DNA of 63,712 nucleotides, the filler included, from Reticulomyxa filosa (lineage: Eukaryota; Protista; Foraminifera), in the NCBI GenBank assembly GCA_000512085.1. It is 20 parts of 20 records of this genome, joined end to end, with 100 filler letters (N's around TTAATTAATTAA, not from the genome) between each part and the next. Parts side by side here need not be neighbours in the genome. Positions count along the whole stretch, not along the records: positions 50,235 to 52,872 come from ASPP01013517.1; positions 52,973 to 57,300 come from ASPP01002841.1; positions 57,401 to 59,600 come from ASPP01022922.1; positions 59,701 to 60,916 come from ASPP01034456.1; positions 61,017 to 62,424 come from ASPP01028104.1; positions 62,525 to 63,712 come from ASPP01008892.1; 14 more parts are not named here. One strand, given 5' to 3'. Position 1 is the first letter of the stretch; each line of letters starts with the position of its first letter. Position numbers and translations under genes: made by a program. Below are positions 51,311 to 63,712 of the stretch, piece by piece. The notes beneath the pieces were generated by a model. The model did not search any database and had not been told where the DNA came from. It saw only the letters and a program-made list of their open reading frames with translations.

Positions 51311-54300
51311 AATGGCAACGGAGTTTGTTATTTGTATTTTGTTTTTTCAGTTGATGTATTTCCTACTTTCCTTAAAATCTCTTGCTTCACTTGGTTCAGA
51401 TCGTACATGGAGACTCGTCAGACTCAGGAGATTCTACGAAGGCTAATCCAAGCAATACACCACGTACCCCCCTTTCTGATGCTGATGTATGTACACTATT
51501 TTCCCTCATTTACATCATTTTCTTTCAGCCGAAGTCATTGGCAATTTTGTTGTGAAAATAATAGCAATCGGAGTAATTCGAGCAAAGCCTAAAAATATAA
51601 AATGTTTGTGTTGAAAAGCAACGTGTGATCATTCCTTGGGAATTTTCTTTTTTCATTCCGTGTTTATTATGTGTATTGCTGAGTTTGAAAAAAGAAACAC
51701 ATTGCTTGGAAATTTTTTTTCCTTTTGTTTTTGGTTGTACAGTAATTTGTTTGGAATTTTTTTTCCTTTGTATTGTTGCTAATTTTACTTTTTTTCATTG
51801 GTTTGATTGTGTTGTTTTGAATTTTGCGAACCAGTTTAAATATCAATTTACATAAACAATCCCCGGGGGAAAATACGAAACTGAAACTGTCTCTTTTCTA
51901 TGTACACCATCTTTAAATCCCAATTGTCAATAGGATTAACTTTTTTCACCGACTTCAAATTACACAACATGACAAATTAAATTTGTCAATCTTTTGATGG
52001 TGTAAGTATATTTCAGCTCTTTCAACAATACTGCAAATTATAGATAATATTCAAAATATTTGCAGGATATGGCAAGTCCAAGAAACACTTGGCTGAGTAG
52101 TCTAACACTTCCTTTCTAGTGTTTACACAGGTTTCTTTTTTTGTAATTTAAAGTTTTTTGAGTTTTGAATTGAATAAAAATAATTTGAAACTTTCAAGCC
52201 ACAAAAGAGTTTTACGGAATAAAAGTTGAAAACATCTTTTTTATCCAGTTAGCATATTTTATGTTAAACAGATACTAATAGAGTTAAATAAGCAAGAAGA
52301 GAGGACTTCAATGAACTGAAAAGTTATTTTTAAAACATGACCATCTGAAAAAAATTAGAAATAATTTCATAAAATTTTGATAAGTGCGAAATAATGATAA
52401 CAGTTTAAATTGTCTAGAAAAAGAAAAGAGCTACTTTTTTTTTTTTACGATAGAACTTTGAAACGGCTTTGTTTATTTTCATTCGGTAGTTTGTTCCTTT
52501 TGGTCGTGTAATTGAGACTTGTTCCAAAAAGAAGACAAGCCTTTTGATTTCGCGACCATCCACCGTACCTTGGAGAGAGGTTGTGCAGGTAAAGAATCAG
52601 AAAAATGGCTCTGCGAAGGTCTGAAAAGAAGAGTATTATCGGTGACGTCCGAGTCTTTTGGGAAGAAAGGGACAAACCAAAGTGTTTGATCAGGTTGATC
52701 CGAAGCAGCGCTAATGGTTTGTACGTGCAGCCGAATGACAAACGAGGTACATGGAGAAATGAAAAATTCGTGCGAGTATGGCAAGTACCCATACTGACGT
52801 TGAAGCTGATAATTTGCATTAATCTCGGCATTGGCATCCATTGCTTTGTATTTCTTTGACGGAGGCATAGCCNNNNNNNNNNNNNNNNNNNNNNNNNNNN
52901 NNNNNNNNNNNNNNNNTTAATTAATTAANNNNNNNNNNNNNNNNNNNNNNNNNNNNNNNNNNNNNNNNNNNNAAAATAAAAATAGATGCAGATATATTGG
53001 AAAAAACTTGACAACAATAATGTGTTTTTAATTCCACACACATAAAAAAATATATATATACAACAGACAATATTGCCAGAAGCAGTAACTGGGCTATCAA
53101 GAGTCATGATGGCACGTTGGCAAACGCCAGGTGTGAATGCAATATTATATTCATGCACACTAGTGCCTCAGATGATTGATAATCCAGTTGCAGATGATGG
53201 CATTGAACTTAAAGTATTTAATGTGTTATGCTATATTGAGCACACATAATGGCCAGCACATGCAGATGATAGGGCCGATAACAACTACGATGGCAGCTGA
53301 TGTGACAACAAATAATGGTCAGCAAGCACAACAAACTCAGACATAACAAATTGATATACATCTCATAATTTTATTGACATAAGTATATGATATGTTTTTT
53401 GTAGAATTTTCGTTTTAAAAAATTGACAAAAATAATTTATGATTTTAATTTTGTATACGTGATATATGTGAAAAAAAATAGGCAACAATGACGACAAAGA
53501 CTATGACAAAAAGATTTATATGCTGAAGCCACCCCCGTCTCCGAAAGGGGCAAATATTGTTTGTTTATTTTGTCTTATTTTTTAAAAAATATTCAAATGT
53601 TGTATGTATTGTATATAGGAATCACAAGCAATCGAGACAGTTATTTTTTTTACTCACCACACAAAAGAAAAAGAAATGGGGTTGAAGTCCAATACTGCAT
53701 TCAAAAGGACTAATAACGGTTTGTTATATTTGTTTACTTATTTTTATGTTGTTAAAATAATATTATTGTGTGTACGTTTGATAAATAGGAATTCCCCCTG
53801 TCAAAGAAAAAAAATTATATTTATATTTTTTTTTTATTTTATTTACAAACAAAACAAAAAATTGTGTTAGTGTTTTTCTATAGAAAAAAAAACTGGAGAT
53901 CGAACTACAGTAATACAGGTAAGTATATTCTTTTTGATGTACTTAATAATATAAAAATAAGTTTGCTTGTGTGCTGTGTAGGTGCACCAGAGACACAAAG
54001 AAATTTTTTTTAAAAATAAACTTGTTGGAAAAGGGATATGGAAAAAGATAAGGGATAAAAAAAAGGAATTGAAAAAATGTGGAAATTGAAAAAATTGAAA
54101 AAAAGATGGGGATTGAAAAAAAATAGATAATGTAAAAAAAGATTGGAAGATAAAAAAGAATTGAAAGGAAAAAAAGATAAATAATAGATAAAAAAGATTT
54201 GAAAAAAAGAAATAATTAGAAAACTTGTTATATTGAAGAAAAAAATAATAAAAATGATAAAAAAGATAATAATAGTTTAAAAAAAAATAAAAAGAAGAAT

Positions 54301-54989
54301 AATAAAAAAATATAAGTGTATTCTTTATTTTAGTTGGAGCTATCCATTTGCTCAAATAATATTAGTTAAGTAAAAAAATGTGTGTTTGTTTCATTTGTTT
54401 AAAAAAAATATTACTTGAAAACAATAACATAATTACATATAGATTGAAAAGAGAAAAAATGGATTTAGCTTATAACGTGTGCAAAACCAATGATGCTGGT
54501 CAAAGAATTAAATTGTCGTTCAATGAGCATTAATCGATTTGAGTAAGGATATTGTGAACGTTCCGATACACGTATTGTTGTACATTTATTTTATTTCATT
54601 AAATCACAAAAAATTTTAAAAACAAAACGTTATTATCGTGATACTTTGTTTTGCAATGTATAGACTTGGCGATATTTAATTGAAGTTGTGATTGCGTTTG
54701 AATATTTTGATGTATCATGCAGTCGACAAATATACGGAGGACAATACTTACATGTGGACAACTAAATGAAAATATTTTACGTGGGAGGAATGAACTCGAT
54801 GGACATGTCGTGCAATGAAGTCAAAAATATATTCCGCAATACAAGCATTCATTATGGATTAATTTATTTCAACTTGGAGACAATACAACGGATCGTCGTT
54901 GTCAACATATAATGGTTTCTCGAAACCCAATTGCGATTCGTCACGTTGGGCTTGGCATTTAAAGCGCGATCAACACATTTTACATAGAT

Positions 54990-56770
54990 ATCGTTTGTGA
55001 TCGCTACTGGAGAGGCAATTAGTGCAATGACAGTCAGTGAAACATAGACTCGTAGACCAAAGCAAACTACCAACTATATCGCTCTGAATTTTCGCGAAAA
55101 CACTGTGGGATATGACCTCCGTTTCTTGCGATTTATCGTATTGATATATCAAATATTGTCAAGATATATACGTTCATGCTATGAGAGGTAACAAGGATTT
55201 TTGAATTTGATTTTTTTATTTTTGCTTTACTATATCATCTATTACAGCCCAATGGACAAGCTTCAGTACAACGTGGAATATCCTAGATATGGCTGCGACA
55301 ATCTCTCAAGCAAAAATTGACTCAACCACACCCCTTAGCAATTGTACTAACTTCTCAACATTTGCATTCCTCGACAAAAGATCGAAATTTGATGCCAACG
55401 CAAGACCACAAGGTACCTCTCTCAATGTTATGAATAACACGTTCTACAATATCTTTCCACTCATTTGTACTATAATAGTTGTGAAGACGATACGTATTCC
55501 GAGTTATCGATGAGTGATTGCGATTATGGTCTTTTACAAAGTCGTTTTGAAATGTGCCAGTTTGTGTTTTTGGAGTATATGTTATCTTGCCTGGATGATA
55601 AATTGTATTGATAATAATGAACAAGATCGCACAATATCGTACAAGTAGCTTTAAAAGCTGAATACGATCTTATGGCACGAAGATCCTCGATTACAACAAG
55701 TAACAAAGATAAAACAATTGCGAGTTGATGTGTGTACGTATTTGGATATAATCGCTAACACAATGTACGGACTTGTGTAACAATAATTATAATGCGCATA
55801 TCCGTAAGTGACACAGAGTTATTGCAGATGAACTGTGTCGGCAGATGGTGACAAGTTTTCAAGTGAGAAGTACGAGAACCAATGCATAGATGTGCAAATT
55901 CCTTGCCCAGCAAGAGTCAGTTTGTTATTCTATCGATACATCACGTGTTGCAGTGTCAATTATGGAAGTATCGAACGTGAGTTTTTCTTTGTCAACATTT
56001 GCATCGAATGGGACAAAGTGAGTGATTTTGATCTGTGATTATAACAAAAGATGCGAGGTTCACAGAATTAATATGTGAACATTTGATCAATATACCCTCA
56101 GATGGAGAATGCCAATTATTTGTTTGCAGACATGAAACGACGCAATGTCTGCCGTGTGGCGGGTGGACTTGATTATCATGGTCAAAGTGTTGGATTTGCT
56201 GCAATGTCGTAAGATTGGCTTTAAATGCTGAATAGGATTGTATGGCAGCAAAGATTCTGGGTTACAACAAGTGCCAAAGATGACGCAATTATGAATTAAA
56301 TTGTGTACGTATCTGGACATATCGCTAGCATATGCTACGTAGTTGTGCAACAATAATTATAATGCGCATATCCGTAACATTGTGAGGCAGAGTTATTACA
56401 AATAAATTGAGCGGGGATATGGTGACAAGCTTTCAAGTGAAAAGGACGAGGAAGATCTTATATAACCAATGCGTAGACGCGCAAATTCCTTGTTCAGCAA
56501 GGGTTATTTTTTTCCTATCAACGGCACATTACATTTTGCAGTGTCAATTATGGTGATCTCGATATTGTGATATTCTTTGTCAACATTTACATGTGGCTAT
56601 AACAAATGATGTGAAAATTTGATCAGCGTATCCCTCGGATGGAGTCTACCAATTATTTGGCTGCAGGCACAAAACGATTCAATATCCAGATACGAAACAG
56701 TCAAGCAAATGTCATGTAGCAAGAGGACTTGAATATGATATTGAACAAAGTATTGGATTTTGCTGCAATT
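54990..56770 (+). pseudogene. Decayed multi-Cys/His zinc-finger gene with internal ~570-bp-period duplication (about 55731-56205 vs 56302-56768)
   Basis: VCDRYWRGN*CNDSQ*; VCTYLD..C...CNNNYNAH; NICIEW...CDYNKRCEVHRIN.CEHLI...GECQLFVCRH. Shared blocks such as aacaataattataatgcgcatatccgtaa occur in both copies. Confidence 0.5.
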
Positions 56771-57400
56771 TTTCTCGTATCGAAAAATTTGATCAAAACA
56801 ATCTCCCGTTTCAATGCGGATCCTTCTGGTAAAACATTGGTATTTATTCGATTCGGGGTACTGAAGATATTTCAAATGGATCGTCGGAAAGAAATGGCTG
56901 ACGCACGAGATTTGATGACCGTAGTGCAATCGACAATGTTTCATTACCGCTCCACTTTTTGACCGACGGCAACGCTTATGCAAATTACAGTTCTATCACG
57001 TACAAACGCGTTGATATTATAAGCTATCGACATTGTGCAAAAGTTTGGCTTTGCTTATTCTCGAAGATCATCTCGACTCGTGCAATCAAGCAAGCAATAT
57101 CAAAACTTATCAGCAAGCTCGAGCACATATCACAAAAAGATCACACTCCATCAAACAAATGCATCCATCGATATTGATAATCTGGTATTTGAAGGGATTA
57201 TTGCAGTCTCTGGGATGTGATTACACATTTGAACGTTGCCTCCAATGCGTTGTACCAAGATTTAAATGGGGCAATCGTTGTCATATATTGGAAACAAATC
57301 NNNNNNNNNNNNNNNNNNNNNNNNNNNNNNNNNNNNNNNNNNNNTTAATTAATTAANNNNNNNNNNNNNNNNNNNNNNNNNNNNNNNNNNNNNNNNNNNN

Positions 57401-59600
57401 AACCGAATTCGATATCCAACATTGTGACTTCTCATATAACAATTCTGTGCATCAATTTGAATTGGACGATATGGCCAATCTTTCACTATTAATGATACAT
57501 TCCCTTCACGAGGAGGATTCTTATTATCATTACAATACAAGTGCATCATACTCTCATTGCTATCACTATCTTTCAATATTGCTGCATTTCTAATGTGTTC
57601 CTTCAGCCATTCTCTGTTTTTTTTCAATATTTACACTATTTAATGGGAAGTATGCAACCAAATAAGGTTGAATCAATGCATCATTTCTTGGATGAGGTGT
57701 ATTCACTGGAACTGTGTCCATCCATCGATTATCTACTCGAACCAAAACATAGTATGAAGTTTTTTGCACAAACTCAAATAAATACAATGACCTTCATAAC
57801 CGACCACCAAACTCAATTCGAAACATAAATTTGATGACATTAATTTTAAATTCATCAATCGAGTCAGCACATTGCAACTCCAATCATCCATCAAATCTGG
57901 ACATTTGTGTTTGAATTCTTCAATTGTAATATAATCCCAATACGTTGTTAATTGAACTTGCAATTCTTTTATACTTTTTTCATATACTTGGTTGAATGTT
58001 GTACCTCTTGGTAATCCAACAAAATTTCTTCCTTCTCGTTTTATTCGAACACATATTCCAAATAACAAAAATATTCGAAAGATTAAAAATGAGAATGGAT
58101 CCCATCCTTCATCAAATCTTTTTTTTATTGAATTTTCTACATTCATGGATGCCACATTTCGACCAGCAGCCCAATACAATAAATTATTTTTTATTAATAT
58201 GTCTTTTAATTGTTTTTGATTTACTCCCAATAAGAATGTTGCACCTTCTTCTAATAATGTTTCATAACTCTCTTCGTCAATGCTCTTGGTTATACCATTT
58301 TGATCCATCAATTTATCTTTGACATAATCAATTGTATATTCAATTCTTTTCATTGGATCCATCGATCAAAGTATTAATCACATTTTCCAATTTGTCTCTT
58401 ATTCAATTTCTCTGAAATTACTCCAAATAATTTTGCACATGCTTCACGAATAAAATTTCGTTCATCTTTTAACCCACTCGTCAAAATGTCAAACTCTGTT
58501 TCCAGTTGTTTTTTACTCGCTTTTGTTGCAATTATCTCAAGATATTCTGCACATGAACGAAAGCACTGAAAACTCTATCCAATTGTTTTTCATTCAATTT
58601 AGTTGAAATTGTTTCAAGTGATGTTTTACATAATGCACGAATATATTCATTTTCATATTTCAATCCATTCAAACATTCGAAAATATTATCCAATTGCTTT
58701 TTATTTCATTTCATTGAAATATAATCCAATACATTCTGCATTATAGGAAGATTCTTTGATCAAACATGTGAAAACAGAATCGATTTGTGTTTCATTCAAT
58801 TTCATTGCGATTCCTTCAAGTAAATATCTGGATGCATCACTATAATATCCATTTACATGTTGAAACCCATCAATCAAACATTGAAAAGTAATATCCAATT
58901 GTTGTTCATTGCATTTCTTTGAAAGTGTTGCAAGTGATCTTGCATATGACCCCCGAACATCCCAATCACTATCTTTTAATCCATTTGTGAAACATTGAAA
59001 AGCTTCATCGAAATGTTTTCCATTTAGATTCATCGCAATTATCCCAAGTAATTCTGCACATCTTCTATGCACATATTCCATTTTTATTATTGAATATATC
59101 CATTGAAGAGTTAAAAGCTTCATTCAATTGTTGTTCATTACATTTATTTGAAATTATTTCAAGGAATTCAATGCAATTGATATGAATATCTTTATGTTCA
59201 TTTTTATCATTTAACTTATCCATAATATAATTCAATGCAATATCCATTTGTTTTTCATCCAATCTCTGTGCAATTTCTTTACGTAGGTTTTTATATCTAT
59301 ATCTATTTTTACTATTTAATCTACTAATTAAATAATTAAAAGCATTATCGAATTGTTTCCCAGACAATTTCACTGTAATTGCCTTAAGTGCATTTGTATA
59401 CGTCTCATGATCATCACTATTGAACATGTCTTTTAAAGATTTGAAAGCATCATTCAATTGTTATTCATTCCATTTCATTGAGAGTTTTTCAAGTAATTCT
59501 ACGCATCTTCTACAATTATATATCAAATATTCAAAAAAAAATAGTCTAATTGTTCTTCTTTTAATTTCATTAGAAATTCAGTCGCATTATAATAATAATA
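57401..59600 (-). pseudogene. HEAT-repeat protein with C-terminal putative cysteine-protease domain; frameshifted and truncated at both contig ends
   Basis: HEAT units such as FQCFTNGLKDSDWDVRGSYARSLATLSKKCNEQQLD and LTSGLKDERNFIREACAKLFG, followed by GYEGHCIYL...RVDNRW...PIQIDAQNCY. Confidence 0.7.
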
Positions 59601-59700
59601 NNNNNNNNNNNNNNNNNNNNNNNNNNNNNNNNNNNNNNNNNNNNTTAATTAATTAANNNNNNNNNNNNNNNNNNNNNNNNNNNNNNNNNNNNNNNNNNNN

Positions 59701-60881
59701 GGGATATTTGATGGGATTTTATTATATTTTGGTGTTGTGCATAAACCTATGGTTTCGAACCTGGCTGCCATTGTTTAAATTAGGAGTCCCTAAAAAAGCG
59801 ATCCATTTGTTTGGATTGTTTTTTATACTGGCGGCCGACATTGTCATCCTTCTGCGTGTTTGTTTGTTTGTTTACAACACATTGACATTCTAAATTGGCA
59901 CTAATTTATTCATTTTTTTTAAAAAAAAAAAAAAAAATGAATAAATTATTGTTTGACAAACAAACAAACAAACAAACAAACAAACAAACATGTAAAACAG
60001 GACAGCATTGAGGCATATCAAAATAATGGCATGTGCTTTTTGCGCAATGACATTTGGCTGACAGTGATATTAGTGGTGGGACCGACACTTGCACTTGTGG
60101 TGATATGTGGATCGACGATGTCGTATTCGCTTCGGATGATGTATTCGGAACTGCAATTAGTTCGCATTTCTCGCTTAGTGGCCAGCGATTTGTCAAACCT
60201 GATCCAACGATTGACGGCATTTACCGTGCTCTGTGTCCTCCCTGCTCTGATCGCACTGTGCTTTGCACTGTCGTTTGTCGCTAATCTGCACTCCGACACT
60301 CACTCTCAACACACGTGGCTGACCTGCGTGCAGACACAACTGTCCTCCAACAATACGCATCTCACGCAAGCCCTTGTCGACCACTGTGTCCAAAACACAC
60401 ACTCCAATCTTTCTTCCTTCCGTCATTTCTTTGTCTATGCTTTTTTCCCCGTCTTTTTTCTTTGCAAGTTATATATATATATATATGTATATATAAATGT
60501 ATATACGTAAATCACTCGGCATGTTCCTGAACTTAATCTCCAACTTTTTTTTTTTTTTTTTTTTTGGAATGGGATTGTGGTGTTTATATCTCCAAATAAG
60601 CAATGTCGCGGTGCTGCTGTTGACGTGCCATCGAAGAGCCACCGATCGCTGGAAACGCTTTTGCTTTGGCACAATGAAAAAGGTGAAAACGGCGATGGGC
60701 TTTTCCGACGACAGTAGCGACGACATAGCGGCGCGGCTGGACCACGCGTGGGGCACTTTGATAGCAGATGGATACAAGACCATTGCGGTTAAACCGTTGC
60801 AGGTGTTGAACACTAATGGACAGACTGCTTTCAATAATATTGGTACTGACACTGACAATAATGATGATAATGATAGTAATG

Positions 60882-60916
<35 letters not shown>
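59701..60916 (+). CDS. Frizzled/Smoothened-like (class F) GPCR, C-terminal TM half, truncated
   Basis: IHLFG...IEAYQNNGMCFL...GP...LSNLIQRLTAFTVLCVLP...WLTC...C...T.RWKR follows the class F TM4-TM7 layout. Confidence 0.6.
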
Positions 60917-62613
60917 NNNNNNNNNNNNNNNNNNNNNNNNNNNNNNNNNNNNNNNNNNNNTTAATTAATTAANNNNNNNNNNNNNNNNNNNNNNNNNNNN
61001 NNNNNNNNNNNNNNNNGCAATTGACAACTTATTGGAATTACATCATCGCCAATAATGCCCATTTGATTAAAGATCGGAGTTGCAATGTGGTAAATTGTTT
61101 GATGAATATAAAATCAATTTCATCAAGTAATGTAATAAATATCACCGTACTTATTTAAGTTTGCAACCGATAGCATGAAACATTTGTATTGCCAACAGAG
61201 TAAGTTCATTTTTATTGATTTTATAAGTAAATTTTTAAAACTTATTAAAGATTTCAAAGAAATTGATAAGACATGAATTCGAGTTGATCATTCAACAAGT
61301 CTATATTTTATCACAATTATACGATGAGATTAAACGTTTGAAATCAGAAATAAAATAAAATGAAAGAATTTCAAAAATGAATCATTACAACACAAACAAA
61401 TAATAAGTTACATCAATCAGGACAATCAAATCACAGGAAAAAGAAGTTAAATCAAAAATAATCAAATCCATCAAACAAATATTAAAATGGTTCCATGAGA
61501 GTAATTAAATCTGGATTAACATTGTTAACAGTAATCATTAAATGAAGATAATGTAATGTCTATATGAAATATTCTCTTTTTATACATTATATTTGCATTA
61601 AGTATAATTATATCAAGAACCGTTACCATTTTAACATTTTCATGTTTTGAGTATTTTGATGCCATTTATCCAATGCAGATTGATATGTCTTGTTGACAAA
61701 TTATCTAATGAGAAAATAAGGAACGAGATTCCAAATTGGTTTCTTGTTCAATACTCCCTGTCTAAAACCAGTTGTAATAATCAAGAAACTGGAATTATTC
61801 TAAATAGTCAATGTCTTTGCGCAAAAGCATAATATAAAAATTGATTAAATTACCCTCGAGAGTGCACATTTTCTTTAGACAAAGGATGCAAGATTTTCGA
61901 AAGTTAATTTGATGTTTTGCGCAAGTCATACTTTAATTATTTTATAATTGCGAAATCAAAGAAAAAAAGCTTTGTTTTGTCATAGTGATATATTTCAATA
62001 TACTTGATGTGGACAAATAATTTTATTTCCGTACGTTTATTGATCAAAGGAACTGTCCTTATTTTGTTGCCTTTTCTTATGTCCCTTTGAAAAAATTCGA
62101 TATTTCAAGTTTTTAATAATGCACATGTTTTTCGCAATAGAAAAGACATGAATTATTATAAAGATAATCGTGTTCGATTATATACAAAAACACAAACGTG
62201 AAATATTTGCAATTTATTTTGATATTCGAATATAATTTTTACTTATTATGCTCAATGCTTCAAAAAACATTGAACGCAAATTTTGAATTTAAACAACAAA
62301 GTAAGATAGAGCACATCTTTCAATGCTTGCATTCAATCGAATCAAACAAGTTTAATATTAACTTACTTTTCTTTTGAGCAAGCAAAAATTTTAATTTCTT
62401 ATTCGATAAGACAGTAAATTATCCNNNNNNNNNNNNNNNNNNNNNNNNNNNNNNNNNNNNNNNNNNNNTTAATTAATTAANNNNNNNNNNNNNNNNNNNN
62501 NNNNNNNNNNNNNNNNNNNNNNNNAAAAAAAAAAGAGGAAAGAGGTTTGTTGGTGGTCTGTTGTTTAACATTTATTATGTGTGTGATGACCAAAAATGCT
62601 TTGTGACAGTAAA

Positions 62614-63680
62614 TTATCTGGTAAAGTAAACACATTGCGCCCGACAAATGACATCATCTCCGAACAAGTCAGTTTCTTCGTCTTTGCTTTCTTCATCCTC
62701 GAGGTCTTCAACATCGACCATGGCTTTGTCTTCGTCGATAATCTCCAGATTTTCAATGTTTTCCACTTTCCAGCGCACGTTGTTGACGAGATTAAAAACG
62801 CCTTTGTCTTGCTTTGCCCTGATATCCCCCAAGATTAAGTCATCACAGTTCAGCGCAATAAACGACGGTCGAAAAAGGGTGAAGAGAGGCTGGTTCTGCG
62901 GCACGTGGGCGTATTGGTTTTGGAGTGATGACCCTCTTGATGATTTTGGGCATGTGCATGTGCATGTGCATGTGCATGTGCATTTGTATTAACATTAATA
63001 CTTAAAAGTGGATTTGGATTTGAATTGGCATTTGCATTTGCATTAATAGTTGCACTTGTATTCGTATTCGTATTCGTATTCGTGTTAATGTGATGATTGG
63101 AAGTTGCACTTGTAGAAGTGTTGGAATGCACATGAATGACTTTGTGAGATTCCAAGATACGCGAGTCGTCGAGTTCGGAAGCGCTGGAGTCGGCGTCTTC
63201 ATACAAGGTCCAGACGTGGGTGAAGGACTTGGGTTGTTTGTAGATCATATCGCACGACTCCCCGACCAGGATGTTTTGAAGGTTTTGATCGGCGACAAAC
63301 TTATACACCTGCGCAAATTGCTTTTTGCGATCCAAGAAGCGATGGGAATACCGCAGGCAGCCTACGATGACCGGTTCGACGCCGAGGTTTACAAACGCAC
63401 GTAGCAAATAGTACTCCGATTTCGGGATTATGTCTGCTATGTCTTTTTTGTCTTCTTCAGTTACGTCTTTGCGGTCTCTTATGCCCGTTGCATTTTTTTC
63501 CTTCTTTCCATTTGCATTTGTAGTTGAATCAATATTATTATTGTTATTGTTATTGTTATTGTTATTATTGCCAGACTTTGACACGTGACTTGACTTATCT
63601 TTACTCTTTGCATCCTCACCATCATGTTTACCATTGTCTCCTAGTGCAAGCAAGCTGCCATGTGAAGGAGGGGTATTACT
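62614..63680 (-). CDS. Hypothetical protein fragment with N/NT/HA repeats and acidic tract
   Basis: Long ORFs 62850-63653 and 62614-62904 linked by an intron or frameshift. No family recognised. Confidence 0.5.
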
Positions 63681-63712
63681 CGAAACTCCCCTTTTTTTTT
63701 TTTTTTTTTTTT

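Noticed and set aside
1-63712. Alternative genetic code to explain the many short ORFs
   Set aside because: Conserved exons (CDK, B56, cullin) have no in-frame stops and genes end in TAA, TAG or TGA. Introns and pseudogenes explain the fragmentation.

Overview
This is AT-rich eukaryotic DNA, not one locus. It is 20 short contigs joined by an artificial 100-nt spacer (N44-TTAATTAATTAA-N44), so genes on different contigs are not neighbours. Gene families and intron style suggest the foraminiferan Reticulomyxa filosa or a close rhizarian (inference). Recognisable intron-containing genes: PP2A B56 subunit, a DEDDh exonuclease, roadblock/LC7, Vps51, cullin-3-like, a dual-specificity phosphatase, RSPH9, TFIIA-gamma, sphingomyelin/IPC synthase, an EGF + class C GPCR, an EH-domain protein, a PSTAIRE CDK and a Frizzled/Smoothened-like receptor. 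Several decayed copies of expanded families are also present (WD40, TRAF-like RING, HEAT, zinc-finger). The most notable observations are: (1) a ~370-nt GC-rich, fully nested multi-helix non-coding RNA candidate at 34101-34476; (2) a HEAT-repeat gene ending in a His-Asp-Gln-Cys (clan CE-like) protease domain; (3) a 108-bp perfect inverted repeat enclosing oppositely oriented LINE remnants; (4) introns with T-rich 5' and A-rich 3' ends. All family calls come from motif recognition by eye; no searches were run.
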